This document shows, piece by piece, positions 25,191 to 36,889 of a stretch of DNA of 64,000 bases (position 1 is the stretch's first letter; the number at the start of each line of letters is the position of its first letter). The notes under the pieces are model-generated. The model saw only the letters and a program-made list of their open reading frames with translations. It did not search any database and had not been told where the DNA came from. Both the position numbers and the translations under genes were made by a program. This DNA is from Octopus bimaculoides (taxonomy: Eukaryota): positions 123,603,496-123,667,495 of the forward strand of contig NC_068983.1 in assembly GCF_001194135.2 (NCBI RefSeq), read 5' to 3'.

Positions 25191-26897
25191 CTAAGAAACT
25201 GAGTCAAAGACAACAACTAGTAACCAATTTCATCACTGATGACAAAGACGACAAGAAAAATAACAACAATGATAACAGTGGTGGTAAAGAGAAGAAAACC
25301 ACAGCTAACAGTCCTCAGTTTCATTAAATGCAATCATCATTTTAATATTCACTTTTCCATGCTTGCATGGGTTAGACAAAATTTGTTGAGGTGGATTTTC
25401 TATGGCTGGATGTCCTTCATATTGCCAACCCTCACCTGTTTTCAAGTAAGGTAATATTTCCCACAGATGGTATGTGGATGTCAGACACAGTACAGTACTA
25501 AACAAAACTATCTTGTATTATTTTGGTTTTATTGGTTTACATTCTGAGTTCCAATTCCACACAGCCACCTTGCTTTTCCTTATTCTGATGTAGGTTAAAT
25601 GCTTAGCTACTGTTTTATTATAAAAACATTTTAACAATACTTACAAATGAATTTTAGTAGGTTTTAACTTCAAATAGCTATGTGTTCTGAAAAATTTAAT
25701 ACAAAAACAAGAATAACATCCCAATGGACAAAGCTCTATAAAGAAATTGGAAATGATTTCTATTGAGGTTTAAAACTAAGTTCTACAGTTTTACTTTTAT
25801 TTTCCATGTAAGCATGGCTTGGATAGGAATTGATTTCAGGTAGGAGCTTACAGTCAAATTAATGGATGTAATTTTTTTAAAATGCAAATTACAATGCAAT
25901 GTCCAATAATTTAGTTTTGAAGAAATTATTTACATCTTTACTAAAAGGACTGAAATACTTAGTTTGAGTAGAGTAAGACAAATAGTTGAAGTATATAAAT
26001 TTTAAAAATATGAATTATATTTCATATGTAAACATACAGAAGTTGGACAAAATAAGGGAAACACAACTTTTCATTTAACTATTCTTTTTCTATTTGCAAA
26101 TTTAGACCTGTTTAGACGTAACAAATTTAGAACTGTTTTAGTTTGCGTATATGTATTATGTATATCTTTTACTTCATGATACCACCCTGTTGTTGTGTAT
26201 GTGTGTGTTGTGGATATTTATATTTTAATAAATTGTGTGACCTATCTGATTATAAGGAAGACAAATTGTTGGAGTGCAAAAGGACGGAGCTTCAGACACT
26301 AAAAATGTTGAATTATTTAATATTTTGAGTGGTACAGCTTCTAAAATCAGGTTAGCATTCCATAACCAAGGTAAAGCCAGCTCTGGCAAGCCTAATACCG
26401 GACAGAAGAAGCACAAAATAATGAAATGTATTGTATCTTAAAACCAGTGGTCTACTGCAGCAAAAGAGACAGCAGAACTAAATCACTAACTTGCCAACTC
26501 TGTATCAATCAAAATTGTTTGTTGTGAGCTCTATAAAGCTGGAAACCATGGGAGAGCTAGCATCTCCTGTCCTCCATCAATACTGATATGCAGAAAAAAA
26601 TGGTGTCCAAACTATCAGAGGTGGTCTTTGACTCAATGGAACAATGTCATCTTCTCTGATGTATCATCATTCACTCTTTTTCCCCACTTTAGGAAGAGTT
26701 TAAGCTATATTACAAATACCAGTTTAATGCTAAAGTTATTTTAATTCCTCCAAATATTTATGTTCAAAATTAATTAAAACGTATGGACTGTGCATTTCAT
26801 TAGAAATATGGTCACAAAGAGGGGGCAAACAGTGAAATCACATTTACTGAATGGAAGTTCAATTTTTTTTAATGAAAACCATTTTAATGAAGGATAC

Positions 26898-26926
26898 AGA
26901 TCTGTGAAAACTGTTGACATATATCA
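26898..26926 (-). CDS. UBXN4: UBXN4 coding exon 3 (29-nt micro-exon)
   Basis: TTTTTCAATTTCAG acceptor, GTATCC donor. Reads (S)DICQQFSQI(Y) and restores the frame between exons 2 and 4. Confidence 0.92.
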
Positions 26927-27116
26927 CTGAAATTGAAAAATGAAAAAAATCTTTAATTATAAAGTCTACCTAAAAGAACACTGGCATCAATCTATCAACA
27001 AAAACTTTGACAGAGAACAACATCAGTAATTCCTTGAAATGCAGACACGAAAAATAAAGACAAATGCTAAAATATCACATCAGAAATAGCTTCAGAAAAA
27101 ATGAAACAGTTGTTAC

Positions 27117-27216
27117 CTTGGAGATTTAATCTTTACAGCAACAAAATCCTTACATGCGTCTGACACAGCTTCATGTGCCAAAGTTTCATCCATCTTCTTA
27201 GATAATTCATCTTCCC
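27117..27216 (-). CDS. UBXN4: UBXN4 coding exon 2
   Basis: TAG acceptor, GTAACA donor, 100 nt. Reads (G)EDELSKKMDETLAHEAVSDACKDFVAVKIKSP(S). Confidence 0.93.
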
Positions 27217-30200
27217 CTACAATAACGAAACAATCATATGAAGTTGTAATCTCTAATTATTTTTTTTTTAATGTTTAAGAAGTAAAATAAAATAAAAAGT
27301 GGAAACATTTGAAATGAGATTAAGTCATCATAATGTCAACAATAATGAAACGCTTTTTAATCATGTGGCAGAATGGAATTTTAGGGTAACAGGTTAATGT
27401 CTTTACCAAAATTAATCTAGTTCCTAGTTTTACAGAATGAAATGGACTAACTGTATGAATTATACTAATTGATGAAATTAGATGCAGGCATAACTGTATG
27501 GTTAAGAAGTTTGCAGGTTTGACCTACTGTGTGGCACCTTGAGAAAGTGTTGGACTAACCAATAATCTGTAAATGAAACTTGGAAGACTAAAACTGTTCA
27601 CAAGCCTGCCAGGTATGTGTGTACCCAAGAGAGAGAGAGAGAGAGAGGGGGAGGGAAGGAGGGGACATGTGTATGTTTTTTTCCCACAAGTCTTTGTATT
27701 GACACTAGTTGAATTGCAACACTTTATGTCTCTATAAACAAAACATCCACCAACCATTCCACATATGAAGACGTAGAATACAGCACCTTATTTAAAATAT
27801 GTGGGTTGACATTAGGAAGGGCATATGGCTGCATAATACTCCTTCAAGAAGTTACAGCTAACCCATGCCAGCATAAAAAAGTAGATGTGAAAATAATGAT
27901 GATGAGAGTACCTGAACAAAGTGATATGATCCAAACCATCAACTAAGAAATAATGAGTGTGGTTGTGATGGTTAAGACTTGAAGATAATAAGAGTCAATA
28001 TGTCTCCAACCTTCATTTCCTGCTTCTCCTGAGATTCACTCATTTGAAAGACTGTGAATTGACAGAGTCATTAAATCATTAGATAGAATTCTTCTGATAG
28101 TAATCTGGGTTCAAGTTTCATTTTTTCAGGATTAATAAAAAAAGTATGAATTGGTGGAATTGTTATTGGTGGGCGAGATACCTTGTCTATCTGTTCCAAC
28201 ACTTAGTTTTCTGACTGCAATGTCTGTAATGATACTGGTGCCAAACTGCATTGGCCCTAGTTAACCTTAAAACAAAAAATTGCCAAAACCTGCTCAAACA
28301 TGTGCAGGTACCTGATTGACCTTGCTGATGGAGGTCAACCAAGGAATAGACTTTTATAAATTAAAAGTAATATATTACAGCTGGCCATATGTGAAAACCC
28401 CTCAAATAGCATAAAAAAACATCACATCAGATTTTGAAAACAGAAAGCAATCTACCCACCCATCACTGGAAACTCTCCCCTCCCTATCAAGTGATAAAAC
28501 ATCAGGGCTGCTATCATTTACATTGGCAAGGTGAAAGGTAGATCTGGAAAGACTGAGGAGATGCTAGAATGAAGGCATTTAGATGCATGTTGTGTACAAG
28601 AAATAAGATAGAGAAGAGCCTCAACCAGATTTTTCAGTTAAGGGTCACAGGTAAGAATTCTTCCAGATGGGTAATAGTGATGAGTTGGTGGGTAGTAGGC
28701 ATATTTTTGAGGCAGAAATGGATAGACCAGGAATCAGCAAACTAGAGTAAATTATGGCAGGTGGGGTAAAAATGAAATTCTTGGGGGTAATGAGGACTCA
28801 TTAGACATAAGTAAAATTATATAAAAAATGTGGGTAGAGATGGACTATATGTAATCNNNNNNNNNNNNNNNNNNNNNNNNNNNNNNNNNNNNNNNNNNNN
28901 NNNNNNNNNNNNNNNNNNNNNNNNNNNNNNNNNNNNNNNNNNNNNNNNNNNNNNNNNNNNNNNNNNNNNNNNNNNNNNNNNNNNNNNNNNNNNNNNNNNN
29001 NNNNNNNNNNNNNNNNNNNNNNNNNNNNNNNNNNNNNNNNNNNNNNNNNNNNNNNNNNNNNNNNNNNNNNNNNNNNNNNNNNNNNNNNNNNNNNNNNNNN
29101 NNNNNNNNNNNNNNNNNNNNNNNNNNTCTGAAACATAGGATTCCGTAAAAAAAAAACAATATACTCCATCTCCACCAAAATGTGTTCCTTGTTACAACTG
29201 AAATTTTTCTTTTAACACTGCATCTGTCCAATGTAATGGATGTAATTAGATGTCACATCATTTTGAACTACAAACAATTTGGTTGCTAAAGCATTGTCAA
29301 GTGACTAAACAGTTATTATTTGTCAATTGTCTATAACCTGCCTTTACAGTATTTTTTGACACATGTTTTTGCTTTGTTTAAATAGATTTAAACGTTGTTT
29401 AGAAAAATCCTTTTGTTTCATAATCAGGATATTAATTTATTTTATCACATTTGTTTTAACTTTTTATATCTATAATTGTATTCTCTATATAAATGGATTC
29501 AATAAACCTTTTGGATTCAAAGCATCTAGGATATTTTCCCTTACAAATCAAGGGGGTAATGTCAGCATAAATAAATATATTTTGGGGTAATTGGTTATAA
29601 AAGTTCCCTGACCCCTGGGATAGACAGATGGTTGTGAATACTAATTCTTTTGCTCCATTGCGAAATGCACCAAACACAACATCAGCTAGTGATAAGTAAC
29701 AAACCTAGAGACAAAACAATCTGGCAAAAGAAGGTATGGAGCCCAAAGATCCAAGGTAGCACATGTTGAGATGGAGGAGATAGAGGCCTACAACACAGAA
29801 GGATGGAGGAAGGTGGGATACACAATAGGGATGATGAGTAAGTTGTGAGTGATTGAGTGGAGGCAACATGCGACCAGACAACTTTGATGGGCAGATGCCA
29901 GCAACTGAGCTGCAAATATCTTCAATGTTTCAATTTTTTCTTTTGCCTATGAGCAAGCATATTTACCAAGTGAAACCATTTGATTATCAGCTCATTTATA
30001 GCTGGTGATCAATTAGTTTAACTTTGTGCTGATATTGGCAGCTCCTTTAACCCTTTGTATGACCAGTGTATCAAGTGATACACAGAACATATTTCCTTGA
30101 TGTCCTCACATCATATATGGTACATATTATTACCCATTTTATTTCAACCACCACAGTAACTTGCAACTTATGATAGGGAAGCTTTATATTACTCAGAACG

Positions 30201-30384
30201 TGTGAAACAGGGTCTAACCAAAAGACTGAAAACAAAGATAGATGTTTATGACAAATTCATTAAAATGCTTTGACAGGTAAAGGATTAATAGTTCTTTCTG
30301 AGGACAGTTTTATGAAGGAACTTAGATTTTGAGAAATATATGTCCATCATATGCTGACTTTATTTCTTTCTTACATCCATGACA

Positions 30385-30750
30385 GTGGAGGTGGTTAGGG
30401 CAGCGGACTCGCAGTCATAGGATCGCGGTTTCGATTCTCAGACCGGGCGTTGTGAGTGTTTATTGAGCGAAAACACCTAAGGCTCCACGAGGCTTCGGCA
30501 GGGGATGGTGGCGAACCCTGCTGTACTCTTCCACCACAACTTTCTCTCACTCTTACTTCCTCTTTCTGTTGTGCCTGTAATTCAAAGGGTCAGCCTTGTC
30601 ACACTGTGTCATGCTGAATATCCCCGAGAACTACGTTAAGGGTACACGTATCTGTGGAGTGCTCAGCCACTTGCACGTTAATTTCACGAGCAGGCTGTTC
30701 CGTTGATCGGATCAACTGGAACCCTCGACGTCGTAAGCGATGGAGTACCA
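30385..30750 (+). mobile_element. tRNA-derived SINE (second family) with about 12-bp TSD
   Basis: A/B-box head GTGGTTAGGGCAGCGGACTCGC..GGTTTCGATT; flanks ACATCCATGACA (30373-30384) and ACACCCATGACA (30751-30762); inverted copy at 59570-59954. Confidence 0.85.
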
Positions 30751-30772
30751 ACACCCATGACAATCCCATTTC

Positions 30773-30879
30773 GGTAATTTTTTCAGATTAACACCCGCAC
30801 AATTTTCACTAGGGTGTTGGGGTTAGGGTTTTAGGGTTAGGGTTAGGTAATTGTGCAGGTGTTAATCTGAAAAATTACC
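30773..30879. mobile_element. Merlin-like MITE containing TTAGGG repeats
   Basis: TIR GGTAATTTTT(T)CAGATTAACACC(C/T)GCACAATT; exact 8-bp TSD CCCATTTC at 30765-30772 and 30880-30887. Confidence 0.75.
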
Positions 30880-31827
30880 CCCATTTCTTCATGTCTATTC
30901 AGAGACATCCACAACAATTTCCAATTTCTTGTATTCACCAGCAGCTTGTATCTACTTAGCAACAGTATGGTCCTCAGCTATTAACTACATAAAGAATCAT
31001 TTGTTCAAAATTCATTTCCGAATTAGCCAAATCTAGAAACAATATTAGTGAAAAATTTTCAGGAAGGACTGAAGAAATAATTATGCATGGTTTAGCACGT
31101 TATGATTGAAGAAATGGTAAATACTATCAAACAAAATTAATATAGCAGTGTTTCTCTCAAACAGTGATAAAGTGGAAAGAGTACAATGCTATAACTTCCG
31201 TTATTCAGATGATTACAGAAAGTGAAAATGTATTAAACATTACTTTCATCATTTCGTCGGAGATTCAAATATTACGCAGCCTAGTATTTCTTGGAGGGGG
31301 AGAGGGACGCAAATTGTCATGTGTAATCAAACAAAATTGGGGTGTTAGTCAGTTTGTGCACCACAGGTTTGACCTCATATCGGCCTGATCAAGCAGACCT
31401 AAGATCAATGACATTCCAACCATGACCATCCAATATTTCTTTAGACAGTATATTGTGTCCTTTCAATTTTTAAGGTGGAAGGGAATAATAATCCCAGATT
31501 TTACGACCCAAAATAAATTTTTTTCAAAACGAATTCTTAGCAGTCTGATTTCTTTGGGGTTTTGTATACGCAGTGAAAATCAATAAAACCTAATTTATGA
31601 TACATGTCATTGATTAGGGTTTCGGGTGAGTATCAACAAAAGCGTTCCCTAATATATGCTAATCTGAAAAAAAAAAAAAAAAATTCTGACTCTTTACAGA
31701 ATAGTCACGGTTGGAAGGCTATAGTTGTGTGACAATTTCTTTGCGCATGCACGTGACCCATATTTTAAGCGCATGCACAAAACTCCAAAATGTATCAGGC
31801 AGTTCAAGTGTTTGTTTTGACACTTTT

Positions 31828-32035
31828 GGTACTACTAAAGCAGCGCGGACCCGAACGCGCAGTCGCGCGTCCGCGCTAGCTAGTCTTGAGTGGTCGATCC
31901 TAACCCTGTCCCTAACCCTATCCCGCGTGTGCAAATGAATACGTGTTTAGGGTTAGGGTTAGGATCGACCACTCACGACTAGCTAGCGCGGACGCGCGAC
32001 TGCGCGTTCGGGTCCGCGCTGCTTTTAGTAGTACC
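31828..32035. mobile_element. CpG-rich palindromic MITE-like element with TAACCC/TTAGGG core
   Basis: Near-perfect arms of about 80 bp, GGTACTACTAAAGCAGCGCGGACCCGAACGCGCAGTCGCG..; TSD imperfect (GACACTTTT / GACATTTT). Confidence 0.75.
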
Positions 32036-32646
32036 GACATTTTCCCCTTTTCGGGCTGTAAAATCTATATCATGGTAGGGGTGTGATTTGGGAAAGATAT
32101 GGCTACTATATCTAGCATGTCAAGCAACCGTTGTTGATTCGTTTGTTGCTTCCAAAAAGAAATAGCTGGTGGAAACAACAAAATGGCATTTGTAGAAATA
32201 ATTATATGATGATTGATTAGACTTTTGGCTAAAACAGAAATAGGCAAAGATAATAAACCAATGGTAAATAAGTAACCAACGTTTGTTTCTTCAGAAATAA
32301 TTCAACTGGTGAAATCAGCTCGAAAATAGAACATGTCACAAAGAAGACGAGTGTATCAAAACGATTTATGTTATCACAAATTAAATCTCGTGAGTGGATG
32401 TGTGTGAATGTGTATATATTTCCAGAAGGTCAAGCACACAGCCTGATAAAACTTTGTTGTTGTTGTTAGGGTTATAAGAATTTGTTGAAGTTAAGTTAAA
32501 TTTTTGTTTCGGTTTCCAAGTAAATTTAAGTGAAAATAATATATGAAAGTCTCAAATGCTTGACTATCCAGCCTGAAGAAGTCGTAAGAACAAATTTAAA
32601 TCAATGTTGCTTTATCTAATACAGTTGTTACACACAAACGTGTACA

Positions 32647-32706
32647 TGACGTCACGGTGGAAAATGTATTTTCTAAAAGTATTGAATTGAACATGGTCTG
32701 ACGTGA
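32647..32706. promoter_or_regulatory. CRE (TGACGTCA) plus UPRE-like (TGACGTGA) motif pair in UBXN4 intron 1
   Basis: Exact motifs at 32647-32654 and 32699-32706; function is inferred. Confidence 0.35.
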
Positions 32707-33401
32707 ACGTAAGAAACGACGATCAAAATAAAATTTACTACTAAAGCTAAAATCCAGAATTTGGTGATGATGGGCGATGACAATTAGTTTGATACGACTT
32801 GATAAAAGAGTTAATTATGGATGAAGGCTAACTGTTAAAATGTTGGTAAGCACCAACTTTTTAACAGTTCGCCTGATTCAAAAGGTTAATGATGTTTTGA
32901 AGATTGGTGAACAAGTGGCAGATGTACAAGGAAATACCTAGATAATTAATAATTATAGAAATTAATGGTATCTTACATAATCAACTCAAATAAGTGGTGA
33001 GCTAAATTTATTATATCCTGTTTAGTCTCGGTTCTGAATTTAAATCTTACAGCTGTCATCATCATAGTATAATACAGAGGATATAAACTACCTTGCCAGA
33101 TTAATTGATTAAGTTAATCGATGAAAAAATTCAGCTTGGGAGGAAATAGTTGTGACTCAACAAAAACGCGACATTTCTTTTTTTTTTTTAATATACTTAG
33201 ACCAAATTCGTTGCTGTAATATTTACTGAAAAGAAACATTTAAACTGGAGTTCGTTCAGATATTACTGTAGTTGCCACAGAAAATTATAAAATGGCTTTA
33301 TACATTTAGTTATAATTATAAAGAGAGAGAGGATTGCATTTGAAGAACACTAGAAGCAAATGTAAAATCAAGATTTTCTGCTTCTGTCCATTAAGACTTA
33401 C

Positions 33402-33483
33402 CAGATACATAGACTAGGAAGATACATTTTCTATCCTTTGATACTTGTATCGCTTTTGCTATCGAGTCTTCGTACCACAACAT
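33402..33483 (-). CDS. UBXN4: UBXN4 coding exon 1
   Basis: ATG at 33483-33481, GTAAGT donor, 82 nt. Reads MLWYEDSIAKAIQVSKDRKCIFLVYVS(G), matching the recalled vertebrate MLWFQGAIPAAIA.AK..GAVFVVFVAG. All 12 exons sum to 1503 nt (500 aa plus stop). Confidence 0.95.
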
Positions 33484-34091
33484 GATGAATTATTTCCCCA
33501 GTAATTGACGAAAAGTCAACTTGTCTACGGTAAAAAAAAAAACAAAACGATTACGTTGTTGACATCAAACTGGAAGTGGACATGAAACAAGTGAGCAGCA
33601 AATATAGAACAGGTAGATGACAAAACAAAACTACGACACACAAATCAGACATAAATTTAAAGGCAAAAGAGATATCGATGAAAAAAAAATTATAAATTTA
33701 ATTCTTCTTGGTTAATATAAGATAGATTCATAAATAAAATATCCCAGAAAATATGTTATTTCAATTCACTTCTTTGTTGTTTTTTTTTTTAAATATTCAT
33801 TGCGAATTAAACCGGAAAAATAATTTTTGTTGTTATTATTGAAAGTGGTGTTATATTGGTGATTTGACCTAACGGAAGTAATTCCTTTGCTATCACCTGT
33901 TAGGTCAATGGTTACAGGCAAGTAAGAAATGCTAGAGACGGCCTGACAGGCTAAACAGTTAATATCATTATTGTTGTTATTTTACTCTCTTCTCTTACCC
34001 TTTCATAAACAATGGGGTAATGATGATTTGCTTCAGGCAGGACGTTTTTTTTTAATTGTATTACCCGAATAATGCTGCAATATTTGACAAC
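33484..34091. promoter_or_regulatory. Probable bidirectional promoter / 5' UTRs
   Basis: Lies between divergent ATGs at 33483 (-) and 34092 (+); ETS-type CGGAAGT at 33873-33879; CpGs locally retained; no repeats. Confidence 0.55.
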
Positions 34092-34106
34092 ATGTCCATC
34101 GAAAGA
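34092..34106 (+). CDS. Probable first coding exon (MSIER) of an unidentified divergent gene
   Basis: ACAAC-ATG start context, five codons, then a perfect GTAAGT donor at 34107-34112. Downstream exons not identified. Confidence 0.45.
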
Positions 34107-34364
34107 GTAAGTTCAATTCATTAATTATCCAAAACAAGATTGCCTCTGTTCTTATATATAACATCCATGGTTCTGTTTTCCTTTTATTGTCTCCAAAATC
34201 CATCACCTTACTATATAAGCCTGGCGTTTTTTTTTTTGTAGTTCTTATTTATATTTTTTCATTGTATACCTTTTTATGTAATTTGATAGCAAAGGTTATT
34301 TTTTTTTAGAAATCGTAACAACTTATCGCCAACATACATACATACACATATATATATATCACAC

Positions 34365-34415
<51 letters not shown>

Positions 34416-35113
34416 TAGATATTTAGGTGGTGGTGGGATACAAAAGCATATATCAGTGCTTATTTATTTATCAATTCGAAGTTGATGATTCACTCGGTCG
34501 CAACTCTTGAGTGTCTTTCGCTTTTTGCAGTGATCCTTCAGGCGATAAAAAGACATTCTTTCTGTTGCATGGTGGATCGCACAAACCGACAAACCGGGCA
34601 GTGATGAAATCACTCAATCATATTCGTGTGTGTGTGTTTGATATATACACACACACTTTTGTAGTCATACCCTTACATTCACTTACAAATACTAACGAGA
34701 ATCAGAATACAATCGCATTTTCTTAGAGAACATTTCAGATGAATAAGAATATATACGGCGATGGTTATTCTTTGATTGATAACTTCTCTACGATTTTTCT
34801 TAAAATAATTTAAAAAAGTTGTAAATGGTATCTATATTTTCTTAAGTTATTCTCCTAGCCTCTCTCTCTTTCTCTCTCTCTCTCCCTCTCTCAACCCTCT
34901 ATCGTGACATCACCAATATTTATGTTGATTTAATTCAAGATCTCTTGGATACACGAGCGCTTCGTTTCACATTTTTACTACATATTCTGTACATTAAAAA
35001 TGTGAAGTGATTAAGTTTAAAATTCTGGCGCCACTCCCATTTCCGAATCCCTCCAGATTGTTTCTGATTCTATGAACACTCCATTGGATAATGTAGGCAA
35101 GATACTAAATTCC

Positions 35114-35422
35114 TGCGAACCCATGGAAAACAAACCTCATCCAGCTATTCTGATTATATGTCTGTGCACACGTTTGAATGTGGTGTGTGCCAGAGGGTTT
35201 GCAAATCCAATGGGGGTCTTAAAAGACATGTTAGGATCCACAATGAGCAGAACTTACTTGCAGGTATTGGTAGTGCAAATCGGAGGTGCAATCTATGTGG
35301 GTGTTTTTTCAAAACACTGTCTGGTTTAAAAAGCCACATCAGACGCCATGAAAGGGCTAAGGTGTAGGTGCAGGAGGTGGTCAAACTCTGTTTAAGGAGT
35401 GGACAACCACCATATATATATA
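35114..35422 (+). mobile_element. 5'-truncated LINE 3' end encoding two intact C2H2 zinc fingers
   Basis: ORF 35158-35367 has two C-x2-C-x12-H-x3-H fingers; upstream in-frame LRTH may be the end of a third. A short 3' UTR and (TA)n tail follow. LINE origin is inferred. Confidence 0.6.
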
Positions 35423-36889
35423 NNNNNNNNNNNNNNNNNNNNNNNNNNNNNNNNNNNNNNNNNNNNNNNNNNNNNNNNNNNNNNNNNNNNNNNNNNGTGT
35501 GTGTAAATGTATACGCATGTATATATGTGTGTGTAAATGAGAATAGGGAGTGTGAAAAATCAGACACACGAGACGACGGAATTGGAAATGAGTTCAACTT
35601 TTGCTGATTCATAGTAACTTGTGTTGATATTTACTTATGTATATTATTTAGTACATGTATATACTCTTTATCAAAACCCTAACGTATAAACATCGTAATC
35701 TGTTACATGTATCTGTAATGATATGAAAGCGCATAATCTGTTAATTTAGGTGTTATAAGGGTCTGTCCTTCAGTAAGACACTATACCACATGTTGCTCCA
35801 GTCAGTCTACTCTGTTGAAGTGACTAAAAAGCAATAACTATGGATTAAGTAAACTGGTGTCGTGTTCAGGTGACGAGGAGTCTGATATTTTCAGTCGCTC
35901 ATGTACCTTGAAATCTGTTATAAGTTCCTTTCTAATATCCACCAAGTATCTATCAGAAGTATTCTGAATATTATCTGGCAAGATAACAAAAGGGTAGTGA
36001 CGTTGAGCATGTAACTATGTTGAGCACTGAGATCACCGTCATCATTATTCAACACAAATTGTAGTGAATGGATTATCCAATAAGAATAGACTATATTCAA
36101 CTATTAAGATAGATATTACGAATCAACTAGGAACCCTTCATGGAGTGAATCGATCTGTTAGAAATAGCAGCCAAAACCGTTTCAGGTAACACCTTAGTCT
36201 CTTAAATGAGGGATACGATATTTTCTATGAACACTCCATTGGATAATGTAGGCAAGATACTAAATTCCCAAAAATAAGATTGGATGGTCATGGTCGGAAG
36301 GGTTTTGTTCAATTACAATCCTGGGATAAATGAGATCAACAAATCAAAGCAGGTAATACAGTTTATAAGTTGCACAAAGTCATCTAAAGATGTCGTTAAG
36401 TGTAAACCTCAACAAATAATAAACTCATCCAAAATCACATAAACTAACAATTTGCTGGATATGTTGCTCATCGTGAAATTCCACAGTTAATTATACCTAT
36501 GCTAGGTTCAGGCATGGCTTTGTGGTTAAGGAGTTCATTTTGCTACTTTGTGGTTTGATTATACTGTAGGGCACTCTGGCCAAGCTTCCGTTATGATTTC
36601 TGGCTGACCAATGATATGAATTAAATTGGGGAAATATATGGAAGCTCATTGTTTTAGATAGATAGGTAGATAGCTAGCTACGTCGATCTGTCATTGTTTT
36701 TACATTCTTTTTTTCCCATTCGAGCATTGATTGGATGGAACTTTAGAGCCCTTTCTGTTGAGAAGGAGGGAGACAAAGGTATCCTCAACAAATGACCTAA
36801 ATGCTTGCAACAGAGTAGACTTTACTAAGGTGCAAAGTGGTGATGGTGTTAAAAAGACCATTAACCAAAAGGTATGGAATAATTACATC

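Noticed and set aside
25631-25690. AG/GTAAGT-bounded segment of about 42 nt on the minus strand in UBXN4 intron 3
   Set aside because: No UBXN4 homology, and the 29-nt exon at 26898-26926 already supplies the expected residues and the correct phase.
30385-30460. tRNA-like sequences (also at 59880-59954, 62995-63067 and SINE heads)
   Set aside because: They are heads of repeats with TSDs and imperfect acceptor stems, not tRNA genes.
30800-31960. TTAGGG/TAACCC runs as a telomere or fusion site
   Set aside because: Only a few units each, all enclosed within TIR elements.
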